64,000 bases of DNA from a virus (Duplodnaviria > Heunggongvirae > Uroviricota > Caudoviricetes): IMG/VR virus record IMGVR_UViG_3300035696_000002. One strand, written 5' to 3'. How positions within the stretch are numbered: the first letter of the stretch is position 1; every line of letters starts with the position of its first letter. The notes beneath the pieces are model-generated. The model searched no databases, was not told where the DNA came from, and saw only the letters and a list, made by a program, of their open reading frames with translations. Both the position numbers and the translations under genes were made by a program. Below are positions 9,644-19,693 of the stretch, in pieces.

Positions 9644-9907
9644 ATGTGCGTTGCTCGCGAAATGGTAAATCTCTGTGAATGTGGTTGTGCAGAGATTCAA
9701 CACGAAGAACCAGATTTGATGGAAGTGGTGCTGGCTGCTCAGCTTGGCACCACGCCTCCCGGTCGCGGGAAATGCAGGGGTGAAATATGGGACTACAAGG
9801 GCCTCCCTGCTGATTACCCCAAAGACGTTAATCCCAGAGAATTCATGGTGCCATGCGGGTGCACGAAGTTCGTGCCCGTATTCCGCAACATGTGCGGAGG
9901 TTTCTAA
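9644..9907 (+). CDS. small Cys-rich protein
   Basis: CECGC...C...CGC pattern; preceded by AGTATTA. Confidence 0.65.
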   Translation: MCVAREMVNLCECGCAEIQHEEPDLMEVVLAAQLGTTPPGRGKCRGEIWDYKGLPADYPKDVNPREFMVPCGCTKFVPVFRNMCGGF

Positions 9908-10776
9908 TGCCTAAGGTCGCCAAAGAAGTTCCCCTTTCAATTCCAGCACCGATATCAAATGTGGACGAGTGGATCATCCTCGGGCTTGACCCGTCGATGA
10001 CTCGAACGGGCTTCGCCGTGTTGGATGTCGCCCCGTCTTACGGCAGCGTTTTGACTGCGGCGGTTGCTCCAACCAAGGCTGGCTGGCTGGCAGCCGGATC
10101 AATCAAACCCGAGAAGATCGACGACCCGGCCATGCACCCGCGTAACACTCTGTGGATTCGCGGTAAGGCCATGGCGTTGGAACTTCGTGAGCACCTACTC
10201 GAACTGATCCGCCAGCGATTCCAGCAGGATCGGGATACGAACCTCGGGCTCATCATCTCCATGGAATACCCGACCCCGATGAATGACTATCTCGTGGCCC
10301 TGAATCGAATCATCCACCTGATCTTTTTCGAGAACGCATCATTGCCCGGCATGTTCCGGGAAATCCGTATCATGACCACGAACGCGAGCACGCTCCGTTC
10401 GCTTATGCGGTTGACCAAGAAAGGCTCCCAAAACAAGGGGGAGAACATCGCACGAGCCTACGAATTTATCGACAGAACTGAATTTCCTGAACTCGATAGT
10501 GATGCTTGCGACGCCGTCCTGCTCGCCATGATGGGACGCCACGCGGCCTCGATCATGCTGGGCCGGAGCACAGAAGTTCCCAACCAATTTCTGATCTCGC
10601 TGTGTAATGCGACTAAGGAAACCAAGGGTAAGGGACGCAACGCCCACGAAGTCACAAAGGGATTGTTGCACCGAAACGAGTATTACTACAGATACGAGCG
10701 AAAAGAGTATACGGTCTGCGTCAAGGACGCTAAGAACCCCAAGAAACTCCTGACTCGCGTAACTGTATCAATTTGA
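9907..10776 (+). CDS. ruvC: RuvC-like Holliday junction resolvase
   Basis: ILGLDPSMTRTGFAVL, ISMEYP and DACDAVLLA catalytic acidic motifs; adjacent to RecA. Confidence 0.85.
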   Translation: MPKVAKEVPLSIPAPISNVDEWIILGLDPSMTRTGFAVLDVAPSYGSVLTAAVAPTKAGWLAAGSIKPEKIDDPAMHPRNTLWIRGKAMALELREHLLELIRQRFQQDRDTNLGLIISMEYPTPMNDYLVALNRIIHLIFFENASLPGMFREIRIMTTNASTLRSLMRLTKKGSQNKGENIARAYEFIDRTEFPELDSDACDAVLLAMMGRHAASIMLGRSTEVPNQFLISLCNATKETKGKGRNAHEVTKGLLHRNEYYYRYERKEYTVCVKDAKNPKKLLTRVTVSI

Positions 10777-10793
10777 TCGGAGGATCAAGTAAT

Positions 10794-12065
10794 ATGGCAA
10801 AATCTGCAAAACAGGCGGAAGTAGTACGTCCGGCTGGCCCACCCCGCAATTGGACTGCTGAAGAGCGAGCGAAGTACTTCATGGAGTCCCGCAAAAAAGA
10901 CAAACCAGACTTTCAAGTTCTCACCAGCGATTACGAAGAAGAACTGGTTCCCTACGGCTTTCTGACATTCGACTACATCCTCGGCCTGAAAGGTATGGCC
11001 CGGCATGGTCGCGTTACCCAGATTCACGGCAACGAAGGCGTCGGCAAGTCCACACTGACCTACGAACTCGCCAAGAACTATCAGCGATTTACTGGTGAAC
11101 CACTCGCCGTGTTCGACTTCGAAGGCACGGGCACGCCCGCGTACCTGAGCAAGATCGGCGTCAACATGGATATGGTGTACTTCATCCAGCCCTCATCCAT
11201 TGAGGATGCGATCATCGAGACAATCAAACGGCTGCAAGAAGGCTGCCGCTTCTTCGTCTACGACTCCATTCCACACATGGAGAGCATGGTCGATGTCAAA
11301 GAAATTCTCAACCGCAAGGCGTTCAAGGGCAACTACGGCAACCATGCCAAAGGTATGGCCCGGTTCTACCGCCTGCTCCACCCGCACGTTATTCAGAACG
11401 ACGGCCACATGCTGATGATTAACCAGACACGTGACCGTATCGAAGATTCGCGTGAGGCCCAGAACGCCCAGAAGTATCCGACGTTCACCAACCTGCCGTA
11501 CAGCCTGCCGGGCGGACGCATGTGCCGCTTCAAGCCGTCTGTCATGGTCGAAATGAAAATGGTCGGTGAAGTGAAGCCGCTTACTCCCGGAAAAGACAGC
11601 AAGTGGGATGCGTTCGTGATCGAGCCGGAGACCGACTCGAACAAGGGCATTCCAGTTGTGAACCGTGTCCGCTGCCGCACGCTGAAAAACAAGGTGACCG
11701 GGGCTGGGTACCGCGAAGGCTACATCTGGGTTCGCCCCGGTGTCGGCGTTGACGAAGGTATGAGCGTGCTTGAATACGCACGCGAATATGGCCTGATCGC
11801 CAACAAGGGGGCCAAGTGGTACGCCGGACAGAGCTTCGACGACGCTATCGCGACCTACGCGAACAAAGAGGCCGCGATCCAAGACCTCACCGTCCAACGC
11901 AACCCGGAAGTTCTCGGCAAGCTGCGGCAGATGGTGATCGACTCCATCGAGAGCGACACGAGTGGCCGTCACCTTACCAGTGCCCTATCGGCTGAAGAGG
12001 CGGCGTTCATTGACGGCGAGGAAGTCGCGACCGTCAGTAAGTCATTCGACATCGACGAGGACTAA
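10794..12065 (+). CDS. recA: RecA/UvsX-like recombinase
   Basis: Walker A GNEGVGKST, FDFEGT, Walker B FVYDS, MINQTR, LKNKV. Confidence 0.92.
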   Translation: MAKSAKQAEVVRPAGPPRNWTAEERAKYFMESRKKDKPDFQVLTSDYEEELVPYGFLTFDYILGLKGMARHGRVTQIHGNEGVGKSTLTYELAKNYQRFTGEPLAVFDFEGTGTPAYLSKIGVNMDMVYFIQPSSIEDAIIETIKRLQEGCRFFVYDSIPHMESMVDVKEILNRKAFKGNYGNHAKGMARFYRLLHPHVIQNDGHMLMINQTRDRIEDSREAQNAQKYPTFTNLPYSLPGGRMCRFKPSVMVEMKMVGEVKPLTPGKDSKWDAFVIEPETDSNKGIPVVNRVRCRTLKNKVTGAGYREGYIWVRPGVGVDEGMSVLEYAREYGLIANKGAKWYAGQSFDDAIATYANKEAAIQDLTVQRNPEVLGKLRQMVIDSIESDTSGRHLTSALSAEEAAFIDGEEVATVSKSFDIDED

Positions 12066-12295
12066 TGAAACACGATCCGTCAACCTGCCCGTATTGCGGG
12101 GACTTAAAACGTCCCCGCGATCTTGATCCCATCGACGCCCACATCTTCGCGAAGCTCGCGGAGTTTGAGCACCGCATTCAGCAGATGGAATGGAGAACCC
12201 AACCCCTCGGCCCCAACCCGGACGAAGAGGTTGAGGAGCGTAACGAAGCCCTCGACAAACTGGTCAAGGAAATGCGAGACAAGAAGGTTCTATGA
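12065..12295 (+). CDS. hypothetical protein
   Basis: TAATG coupling; CPYC motif. Confidence 0.65.
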   Translation: MKHDPSTCPYCGDLKRPRDLDPIDAHIFAKLAEFEHRIQQMEWRTQPLGPNPDEEVEERNEALDKLVKEMRDKKVL

Positions 12296-12609
12296 GCCAC
12301 GAACACGATTTCATGGACTGCGGTTACGACGAACAACAGTGTGACAGCGAATGCAAATCCAACTGGCACAAATGCTCAGTCTGCGGGAAGAGTCGATCAC
12401 AGATCGCGAAGGAGCAGCCTGAGGATGTTCTATTCCACGTAATTGACTGCACAGGCGAGATCATCGTTGAACTCCAGAAAGTGCACAAACTCAAATTGGC
12501 CGCAGCCGTGGAACTTATCAAGGAATGTGCCAAGCAACTCGATTGGTTATCACGAGAACGCCTCGTAGAGATGGCCGTCTGGGAACAACAGCGTGAAGCT
12601 AAGCGGTAA
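12292..12609 (+). CDS. hypothetical Cys/His-rich protein
   Basis: ATGA overlap; HEH...C...C...HKCSVC. Confidence 0.65.
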   Translation: MSHEHDFMDCGYDEQQCDSECKSNWHKCSVCGKSRSQIAKEQPEDVLFHVIDCTGEIIVELQKVHKLKLAAAVELIKECAKQLDWLSRERLVEMAVWEQQREAKR

Positions 12610-13786
12610 AAATTTTCAACCGTGGGCCGAGTTCGATCTTGAGTTCGAGGGCCTAGCGGTTCTCACAGGCTCGTCCAACAAGGGCAAAAGCTCTATCTAC
12701 CGGGCACTGAAGGCCCTCCTCCGCAACGAACTTGACATCGAATACATCCGCAATCCAAAGACAAACCCCATGGAACTCACGTTGGAGTTTGTCGGGCCGG
12801 ACGGACAGCCCCACAAGATATTCGCGACCCGAGGCAAGAAGGGGAAGGTAGTCTACACCGTCGATGGTGAGGACTTCAGCAGCCTCAACGAAGACGTACC
12901 GAAGCCCGAGAAGAACCCCAACCTGTTTGCTGCATTCGGCGAAATCAAGGTTGGTGAGTTTTCGTTTGACCCGATCTTCGGCGACCAAAACACCCCGCAA
13001 TTCCTGATCGACAGGCTGGCGTACAAGCCCACCGCCGTGAACACGATTATCGGAGCCTTCGGCGGCACCGAGAAGTTGGAGATTGGCAAAAAAGAGGCCA
13101 ACCTCCGTATCACCCAGAAAAACGGGGAAGCCAAACTTCACGCCACGGAAGTCCGTGAGGCCGAGGAACGCAAGCTGAAGTTGGAGAAAGTCGCCATCGC
13201 CGGGAAGGCCGCGAGCGACAGTTTGACCGCCCTCGAACAAGAGGCCCGGCTGCTGGAACTTCGAGCGGCTTGGACTGAGGAAGCCCGGACACACCGGGTA
13301 CGGTTGATTCGCCTACGTCGGGTGGAGAAGGCACTGGTTCTCCCTGACCTGACCGAAACTGGGCAATTGGATAGCAAGATTTTGTACGCTTCGGTTGCTG
13401 CATCGGCAGCCGCATCCTTGGCCCGTCGAAAGGATCGCCTTGAACGAATCAATACGGTGCTTTCCCTGTGGCCAGATACCGTCAGGGCATGGAAGGTCTG
13501 CCGGGCAGCAGAAGACGCTACAGCGGCTCTGCAACGCAAGGAAACGCTATCGCCTGAAGCTCTCAGCAAAACGACCGAACAAATAGAGGCTGGCCTTGCT
13601 ACGGCGATTAGGCAATTTCACAGTATTAAGCACATAGAACAGGTTCTTGCCCACCGGGAGCGGCTGGCGACAAAGAAAGACCAGCGGGCTCAGCTTGAAC
13701 AGGACTTAGCGGCAGCGGAGATTGAAGCCAAACGCGGGGCCTGTCCAAAGTGCGGTAAGTCACTGGAGCATGTTTGCAATGGCTGA
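12593..13786 (+). CDS. SbcC/Rad50/gp46-like protein, N-terminal half only
   Basis: Walker A GSSNKGKSS, Q-loop-like DQNTPQFLI, coiled coil, ends at zinc hook CPKC; no signature or Walker B half. Confidence 0.8.
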   Translation: MKLSGKNFQPWAEFDLEFEGLAVLTGSSNKGKSSIYRALKALLRNELDIEYIRNPKTNPMELTLEFVGPDGQPHKIFATRGKKGKVVYTVDGEDFSSLNEDVPKPEKNPNLFAAFGEIKVGEFSFDPIFGDQNTPQFLIDRLAYKPTAVNTIIGAFGGTEKLEIGKKEANLRITQKNGEAKLHATEVREAEERKLKLEKVAIAGKAASDSLTALEQEARLLELRAAWTEEARTHRVRLIRLRRVEKALVLPDLTETGQLDSKILYASVAASAAASLARRKDRLERINTVLSLWPDTVRAWKVCRAAEDATAALQRKETLSPEALSKTTEQIEAGLATAIRQFHSIKHIEQVLAHRERLATKKDQRAQLEQDLAAAEIEAKRGACPKCGKSLEHVCNG

Positions 13787-14066
13787 AAAGTCAATTCAAG
13801 ATCGGTTGAAAGAGGCTCAGACGCGGTATAAGGCCCTACAGGCCCAACGCGACCAAGTCATTCATGAAGCTGGTGCTGAAGAAAACAAGCTCACCGAAGC
13901 CTACACAAAGTTGCGTGACCTCGGGGTGGAAGGGCCGGAGAAGCTGACATCACGTCAGCTTCAAGAATTAGTCCAGTCGCTTCAGACTGAGCTTGAGCAA
14001 AAGTTGGCGGTTCTCGAAACGGAACTGACCAATGGAGAGCAGTTGGTACAAGGTCTTAGTTCATAG
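13779..14066 (+). CDS. coiled-coil protein
   Basis: Heptad-rich 95-aa ORF overlapping the end of the SbcC-like gene. Confidence 0.75.
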   Translation: MAEKSIQDRLKEAQTRYKALQAQRDQVIHEAGAEENKLTEAYTKLRDLGVEGPEKLTSRQLQELVQSLQTELEQKLAVLETELTNGEQLVQGLSS

Positions 14067-14074
14067 GAGAACTT

Positions 14075-14554
14075 ATGTCGTTGAATTTCCCGTTTTTGAG
14101 AGCAGTATCGCAAAAGAACACAGACGGCACGCACTCGGTCGTCGTCACCCACACTCATGGTGTGGTCTCTGAAATCACCTTCTCCCTCGTCGCTCACTCC
14201 GAGGCAATGGCGAAGGCGATTGAATCGTTCCTGAACGCCCAAGTGGCTGCCGTGGCAACCGAAGTCAAGAAGGTCATGGTCGCCGGGCCGAACAAGCCGC
14301 TCGAAGTTCGCACCGATGGCGACACGGTCATCAAGTTGAAGAAGGACATGGTGCCGGAAAAGAACATCGGCAAGCAGCCTGAGATCGACGTGACGGCGAA
14401 GGTGGGCAAGCAGGAACCGATCAATACTTCTGCCAAGTCCATTTTCCCTGAAGAGTCGAAAGCTGCGGCTGCAACCCCGGCCCCGGCTGTCGAAGCTGCC
14501 CCAGTTGCCCAGCCCGAAGCTGCGGCTCCTGTGACAGAAGTCACAACCGAATAA
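14075..14554 (+). CDS. hypothetical protein with Ala/Pro/Glu-rich tail
   Basis: SD AGGAGA; 159 aa. Confidence 0.75.
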   Translation: MSLNFPFLRAVSQKNTDGTHSVVVTHTHGVVSEITFSLVAHSEAMAKAIESFLNAQVAAVATEVKKVMVAGPNKPLEVRTDGDTVIKLKKDMVPEKNIGKQPEIDVTAKVGKQEPINTSAKSIFPEESKAAAATPAPAVEAAPVAQPEAAAPVTEVTTE

Positions 14555-14588
14555 TTCAGTTTTTCTGAAAAATTGGGTATTAGGTACC

Positions 14589-15035
14589 ATGCCTGATACC
14601 TTTGGGAAAATGGTGTACCTAGCCAGCCCGTACTCGCATCCTGACAAGACCGTCGAAGAGGAACGTTTCATCGCGGCTTGTAAGGCCTGCGGTTGGCTGA
14701 TGAACAACGTCAAAGACGTGACGATGTTCTATTCCCCAATCGCTCACACGCATCCTATCTCAGTCCATTGCACGCTGCCGGGACACTGGCAGTTCTGGTC
14801 GGCGGCGGACGAGACGATGCTCTCACGTTGCAACGCTATCTGGGTTCTCTGCATCCCCGGCTTCACGAAATCCACCGGAGTTAATGCAGAGCGGAAGATT
14901 GCTGCCAAGTTCGGGCTGGAGGTCAGGTTCATGATCCCGGCTGCGGACGGGACGTATCTAGTGACCGAGGCGGAGCCTTCCGAAGCCGACCTTTATGGCA
15001 GTGTGCTGGAGAAACCAGTATGCCCCGTAAGCTAG
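14589..15035 (+). CDS. DUF1937/deoxyribosyltransferase-like protein
   Basis: VYLASPYSHP, YSPIAHTHP, W...DETML, STGVNAE motifs. Confidence 0.75.
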   Translation: MPDTFGKMVYLASPYSHPDKTVEEERFIAACKACGWLMNNVKDVTMFYSPIAHTHPISVHCTLPGHWQFWSAADETMLSRCNAIWVLCIPGFTKSTGVNAERKIAAKFGLEVRFMIPAADGTYLVTEAEPSEADLYGSVLEKPVCPVS

Positions 15036-15448
15036 AAATCACGATCCACACCGTCAAGGAATCCTCGAAAACTGGCTTGGCCGACTTCAAGGTCGAGGTC
15101 GAAGAGAAGAACTACGCCGACGACAGCAAAGAAAAAGTCGCGGCATTCTATGTGACCCACCGCAAGGCCGATCTCCCATGGCTGCAACTTCTGGCGGAAA
15201 TCGTCGAGAAGGCCCCTCACTGCTGCAACGACTTCGACGTGACCCATCGCCGCTGGGAGAAAGAGGGCACCCCGTACAGCCGCCGCATGTCAGAATGGAA
15301 GGCGTACTGCTCGCAGCATTCAGTCGGATTCGCCGGGTACCACATCGGCTATACCATGTACGAGGGCAAGAAGGAACGTCTCTTCGAGTGCTCCTATTGT
15401 GGCTGCACATTCCCGGAATCTCGCGGGATGGAATGCGACGAGAGGTAG
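15020..15448 (+). CDS. hypothetical protein with C-terminal Zn ribbon
   Basis: FECSYCGC; tight operon spacing. Confidence 0.65.
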   Translation: MPRKLEITIHTVKESSKTGLADFKVEVEEKNYADDSKEKVAAFYVTHRKADLPWLQLLAEIVEKAPHCCNDFDVTHRRWEKEGTPYSRRMSEWKAYCSQHSVGFAGYHIGYTMYEGKKERLFECSYCGCTFPESRGMECDER

Positions 15449-15449
15449 C

Positions 15450-15692
15450 ATGCACCGCCGCCTGCGTATCGCTCTGTCGTATCGGCGGGACTGCTTGGCA
15501 CAGGATATCGAGACCTACCGGGTAGCCCTCGCACACTTCAATTCCTGCACCGAATGCAAAGAGACCGAATTCTGCCCCAAGGGCACGGCCATGTACGAGC
15601 AGACACAACTCGCGGCAGCCAGAGCCAAACTCCTGAGAAACGACGACCCATACTGGGAAGAAAATGAGAACGATAAAGCTCTCCGATCCTAA
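15450..15692 (+). CDS. hypothetical protein
   Basis: ATG directly after the previous stop; HFNSCTECKETEFC. Confidence 0.6.
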   Translation: MHRRLRIALSYRRDCLAQDIETYRVALAHFNSCTECKETEFCPKGTAMYEQTQLAAARAKLLRNDDPYWEENENDKALRS

Positions 15693-16671
15693 AAACCGCG
15701 TTAATCTGGTATACTCAACGGACTGGCACGCTTCAGAGCGGCCTCCGGGGCGGCGTGGCGACGACTACAGAACAGCCATTCTGGAGAAAATTGATTTCGT
15801 CAGGCAATTAACAGAGAGACTAAACGGTGCTGCTTTGTGTGGGGCCGACGTTTTTCATAACAAGGAACCCAAACATGTTGGCAACTCTTACCGACTTCTT
15901 AGCGACCTCTACAACACGCTCAGCCGTTTTCCTCAGGGCTGCGTATTCGGAAGCGTTGGCAACCACGATCTCCTCGCGGATCGTATGGATTCTCTACCTC
16001 GCCAGCCGCTAGGCCTGCTGATCGAGGTCGGTGCCTACCACGACTTGAACCGGGAAACCGTCCTGTTCACCAATTCCGACGAGTCCATCAAAGTCAGCGT
16101 CGAAACCTTCCCCTACGCTGAATCTGTGGAGACCATCAAGAACATCCTGAACTCAGGCCCCCGGCACCCGGATGTCAATTACCGGATCGGAATCGTGCAC
16201 GCTTACGGGCGTCCGGGCGGCGAAAGCTACATCTACAGCACCAGAGCCATCGGGTACGACGAACTGAAGGGGGCCGACTTCGACTTCCTGCTCTGGGGAC
16301 ATGACCATTCCCGGCACGAGACCGAGACGGTCGGCGGAATCACCCACATCAATCTGGGCTCGCTCGCCCGTGCGGCCTACTCCTACGACGAGCTTGACCG
16401 CCCAGTCGTGGCCACAGTCCTGTCGTTCGCTCCAGATGGTGTGCGGGTGAAAGAGTTCCCGATCCCGGTCAAACCGCTGGAGGCCGTCTTCAGGATTGCC
16501 GACAAGGGAATGGATGCCGTATCCAAATCTGACGAGGTTAAGGGATTTCTGACGGAAATGGACGATACGGTCGCCGACATGCGACACACCGATCCCCGGA
16601 CGGTGCTCCAAGAACTTTGCCAAAACGACCCAAAGCTGCTATCATTGGTGATGGAGCTTTGCGAGCTTTAA
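15664..16671 (+). CDS. SbcD/Mre11/gp47-like metallophosphoesterase nuclease
   Basis: TDWH, GADVFH, GNHD, GIVHAY, GHDH motifs; near the SbcC-like gene. Confidence 0.88.
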   Translation: MRTIKLSDPKNRVNLVYSTDWHASERPPGRRGDDYRTAILEKIDFVRQLTERLNGAALCGADVFHNKEPKHVGNSYRLLSDLYNTLSRFPQGCVFGSVGNHDLLADRMDSLPRQPLGLLIEVGAYHDLNRETVLFTNSDESIKVSVETFPYAESVETIKNILNSGPRHPDVNYRIGIVHAYGRPGGESYIYSTRAIGYDELKGADFDFLLWGHDHSRHETETVGGITHINLGSLARAAYSYDELDRPVVATVLSFAPDGVRVKEFPIPVKPLEAVFRIADKGMDAVSKSDEVKGFLTEMDDTVADMRHTDPRTVLQELCQNDPKLLSLVMELCEL

Positions 16672-16832
16672 TGGGATACTTCAACTGCTTTTTCGCCGTT
16701 TTCTTCGCTTGGGAGGCACGCCAGTATGCCCGCAAGAAATCCGATAAGGCTGCATGGTGTGCTCTGCTCGCAGTCCTCAACGTTCTTCTCGCCTTGTTCT
16801 TTTTCCTCCACGGAAATCAGTTGACGCACTAA
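16671..16832 (+). CDS. small membrane protein
   Basis: TAATG coupling; 53 aa with two hydrophobic segments. Confidence 0.55.
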   Translation: MGYFNCFFAVFFAWEARQYARKKSDKAAWCALLAVLNVLLALFFFLHGNQLTH

Positions 16833-16869
16833 CTGACTTCGAGTACTCTTTTTTAGAGGGCACTGCGAA

Positions 16870-17172
16870 ATGAGCCGCCGCAGGAATGACCGAGTGGAAG
16901 AACGGGTCTATAAGTCGCTCTGGCACATCCTGATTGCCGGGGTGGGCGTCTACGAACTTCGCAACCACAAGACCAAATTCTCCAAAGTCCTAGCCACTGG
17001 CCTGATCGCTTTTCACGTTGACGGTGCAATTTCCGACATCATGGATACCAAACCCCTTTCCCAGCGAGTATTAGACTATGTACTGGGGGAACGCCATGAG
17101 GAATGCAAACCGCCAAAACAGCCTGCTAAGCATCGACACCTTAAAGTCCAAAGCGTTAAGCTACGGGACTGA
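16870..17172 (+). CDS. hypothetical membrane-associated protein
   Basis: SD-like AGAGGG; hydrophobic segments. Confidence 0.6.
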   Translation: MSRRRNDRVEERVYKSLWHILIAGVGVYELRNHKTKFSKVLATGLIAFHVDGAISDIMDTKPLSQRVLDYVLGERHEECKPPKQPAKHRHLKVQSVKLRD

Positions 17173-17806
17173 GCCCTATTGGTTCGGGCTAGGCTTCATC
17201 CAGCTAAAACTTAGCGACGTTGATCGGATGCACTTCTGGCTGCCAGAAATCCCGCACCCGGAACGCGAAGAGATTCACAACCATCGGTACGATTTCAGCA
17301 GCATAGTGCTTGCCGGGCACCTCATGCACGAGGTCTGGCACCTCGATAAAGTACGGAGCCTGACGACGGCGGTGCAGGAGCAGGACTGGGAAATTTTCGA
17401 GACCAACTGTGCCCCGAACAAGGAGGGTACGGTTGAAACTGTTACCCCCTGCCTCATCACCAAGATGGGGGAGTTTAACCTTGGGGCCGGGTCGCTCTAC
17501 ACTTTCCCGCACACTTCGTTTCACACGACCGAGGGTACCCGGTTCGCCATCACGCATCTGACCCGCGTCCTGCCCAAACCGCTGGAGTACGCTTCGGTTA
17601 TCAAAAAGCAGGGAGCCGCGACAACTTGTCCGTTCCGTGATAAAATACCCGCAAAGCAGTGTTGGGAATACATCGACGCGGCCCTCATCCGAGGGGCCGA
17701 AGAATTTACCCGAATCATCCCATGCATGACTTGCGGCAAGCCGTGTTTCTACGGTGAGCCGGAGGACAATACTACGTATTTGTGTTGGGACTGCGGAATG
17801 GATTAA
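17096..17806 (+). CDS. cupin-like protein
   Basis: IHNHRYDFSSIVLAG HxH motif and a distal FH; start uncertain. Confidence 0.55.
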   Translation: MRNANRQNSLLSIDTLKSKALSYGTEPYWFGLGFIQLKLSDVDRMHFWLPEIPHPEREEIHNHRYDFSSIVLAGHLMHEVWHLDKVRSLTTAVQEQDWEIFETNCAPNKEGTVETVTPCLITKMGEFNLGAGSLYTFPHTSFHTTEGTRFAITHLTRVLPKPLEYASVIKKQGAATTCPFRDKIPAKQCWEYIDAALIRGAEEFTRIIPCMTCGKPCFYGEPEDNTTYLCWDCGMD

Positions 17807-18424
17807 ATGGTAAGCGTTCTAAAACACCCGAACATTTTCTTCACGAGCGATTATCACCTTGGACATTGGAACATTCTGACGCTGGGCCGCAAGCGGCCTT
17901 TCGACACGATTGACGAAATGCACGAGGCGATCATCGAGAGGCACAACTCCGTCGTGAAGCCGGGCGACATCGTCTACAACCTCGGGGACTACGGCCTTAA
18001 GCTCAAGATGGAGGCCCTGTACGGCCTTCGGCAGCGTTTCGTGGGAAACCAGTTCTTCATCGAAGGCAACCACGACGGCGTGACGAAGCAGATGATTAAG
18101 AAGCACCCGGACGTGTTCGTCTGGGCAAAGGGTATCGAGGTCATTCACCCGAAGAGCTTCGAGGGCGTGCCGCCGATCACCATCTGCCACTACGCAATGC
18201 GTGTCTGGTCAGGCAGCCACAAGGGGCACTGGCAGCTTTACGGCCACAGCCACGGCATGCTGCCGGAGCTTCCAAACCTGCTGGCGTTCGACGTGGGTGT
18301 GGACTGCTGGAATTTCTACCCGGTATCCATTGAGGAAGTGAAACAGAAAATGGCCGAGAAGTTGCCAGCATTCGAGGCCTACCGGGCAAGCCTGCGTGAG
18401 CAGGATTTAGATCGCGTAGAATAA
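17807..18424 (+). CDS. calcineurin-like metallophosphoesterase
   Basis: SDYHLGH, LGD, GNHD, CHY, GHSH, DVGVD motifs. Confidence 0.9.
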   Translation: MVSVLKHPNIFFTSDYHLGHWNILTLGRKRPFDTIDEMHEAIIERHNSVVKPGDIVYNLGDYGLKLKMEALYGLRQRFVGNQFFIEGNHDGVTKQMIKKHPDVFVWAKGIEVIHPKSFEGVPPITICHYAMRVWSGSHKGHWQLYGHSHGMLPELPNLLAFDVGVDCWNFYPVSIEEVKQKMAEKLPAFEAYRASLREQDLDRVE

Positions 18425-18464
18425 CAGAAGTCCCTCCGATGGAGTATTAAACATCGGAGGGATT

Positions 18465-18869
18465 ATGTCCACTGACCTACGTATCGGCTCTACTGAAACC
18501 GCTCTCGGAGTCGATAGAGACGATTACAAACCAAAGCCAACTGGCTATGACGCAGCCGCCATTCAGCCCAAGCCTACGGGCGACGGCGTTGACGTGGCCG
18601 TTGTTGCCGCCGACCATCTCCGTGCCTTGGGGCACATCAAGATTGCAGAAGACATCGAAGCCCGCATTCGCCTCGGCGAGCGGAAGTACGGCACCCGCCT
18701 GAAGTCCCACAATGGCCGCGACGCCATGCTCGATCTCTACCAAGAAGTTCTCGACGGAATCAATTACGCACAGCAATGCAAGATCGAAGGACTGGACGAC
18801 GGCGGATTGTTGTTCAGCATGATCGGCATGGCCGTGTGGGTTTCCGAGAAGATGCGGAAGGCCTACTAA
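18465..18869 (+). CDS. MazG-like all-alpha NTP pyrophosphatase-fold protein
   Basis: SD GGAGGG; GERKYGT...DLYQEVLDGINY motif. Confidence 0.6.
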   Translation: MSTDLRIGSTETALGVDRDDYKPKPTGYDAAAIQPKPTGDGVDVAVVAADHLRALGHIKIAEDIEARIRLGERKYGTRLKSHNGRDAMLDLYQEVLDGINYAQQCKIEGLDDGGLLFSMIGMAVWVSEKMRKAY

Positions 18870-18870
18870 C

Positions 18871-19044
18871 ATGAAGTGGAAGGTGTTCCGCAACAGTCGT
18901 ACCGGGGAGCGTGAGGTCACGAAACATACGAACCCACCGGACAACGCCGAGGCCCACATGTTCTGTCATGACCCGGAGAACTGCCAGTGCATTTGCACAC
19001 TCTGCAAGCACGCGGCCCGGCGTACTCGGAGAAACCAGCGATGA
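18871..19044 (+). CDS. 57-aa Cys-rich protein (not in ORF track)
   Basis: MKWKVFRN...FCHDPENCQCICTLC; fills the gap between coupled genes. Confidence 0.55.
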   Translation: MKWKVFRNSRTGEREVTKHTNPPDNAEAHMFCHDPENCQCICTLCKHAARRTRRNQR

Positions 19045-19163
19045 CCATGGATCAGCGAATCCAGCGTTTTCTGTGTTGGATACTCAGCCCAATTTCGTTT
19101 CGTCCGGGCGGAGCACACGTCTGGTCGGATGGTCGTTGCATACTTTGTGAGGAGAAACAGTAA
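19041..19163 (+). CDS. 40-aa protein (not in ORF track)
   Basis: ATGA overlap upstream and TAATG coupling downstream. Confidence 0.5.
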   Translation: MTMDQRIQRFLCWILSPISFRPGGAHVWSDGRCILCEEKQ

Positions 19164-19693
19164 TGGGATGCGGATGCAAAGGACACGGGCCTGACCCGAA
19201 TTGCGAATGCAAAGACCTTCCGAAGCGGCCCTGTGGCTGCCCTGAGGGTGACATCTGCTGTATGGACTGCGATTGTGATTGTCATGAGCCAGCCGCTCTC
19301 GCACATAGCCTCGAAAGAGTCAAGAATTCTGGCGGCAAGAAACTGTTGAAGCGTGTGACGGACGCACTGGCACGCCTCGGTGACGCCAGCTATAGAGACA
19401 AGCAGAGCCTCCTCTACGCTGTCTGGGAGCAGCACAACAAGGAAATTGAAGCCAAGAATTTGGAGCGTGAGGAAGAGACGGCCTACGATTTACTCAAGCA
19501 GGCGACCATGCCGCTGGTTTTGGAGACCATCTGGAAACGTGTCTGCAAACAGAACCCAGAATTCAAGGAACGGTTTTCGACCGTGCACGTGTTCCTCGCT
19601 TACGTCGAGGGTTTCCCCGGCGTAGTGGATAAGGTGCCCGTGGGCCGAATTCCAACGAAAGCAGAAATCGTCAGAGTGGGGTTACCTGTCTAA
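19163..19693 (+). CDS. protein with metallothionein-like Cys-rich N-terminus
   Basis: MGCGCKGHGPDPNCECKDLPKRPCGCPEGDICCMDCDCDCHEP. Confidence 0.7.
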   Translation: MGCGCKGHGPDPNCECKDLPKRPCGCPEGDICCMDCDCDCHEPAALAHSLERVKNSGGKKLLKRVTDALARLGDASYRDKQSLLYAVWEQHNKEIEAKNLEREEETAYDLLKQATMPLVLETIWKRVCKQNPEFKERFSTVHVFLAYVEGFPGVVDKVPVGRIPTKAEIVRVGLPV

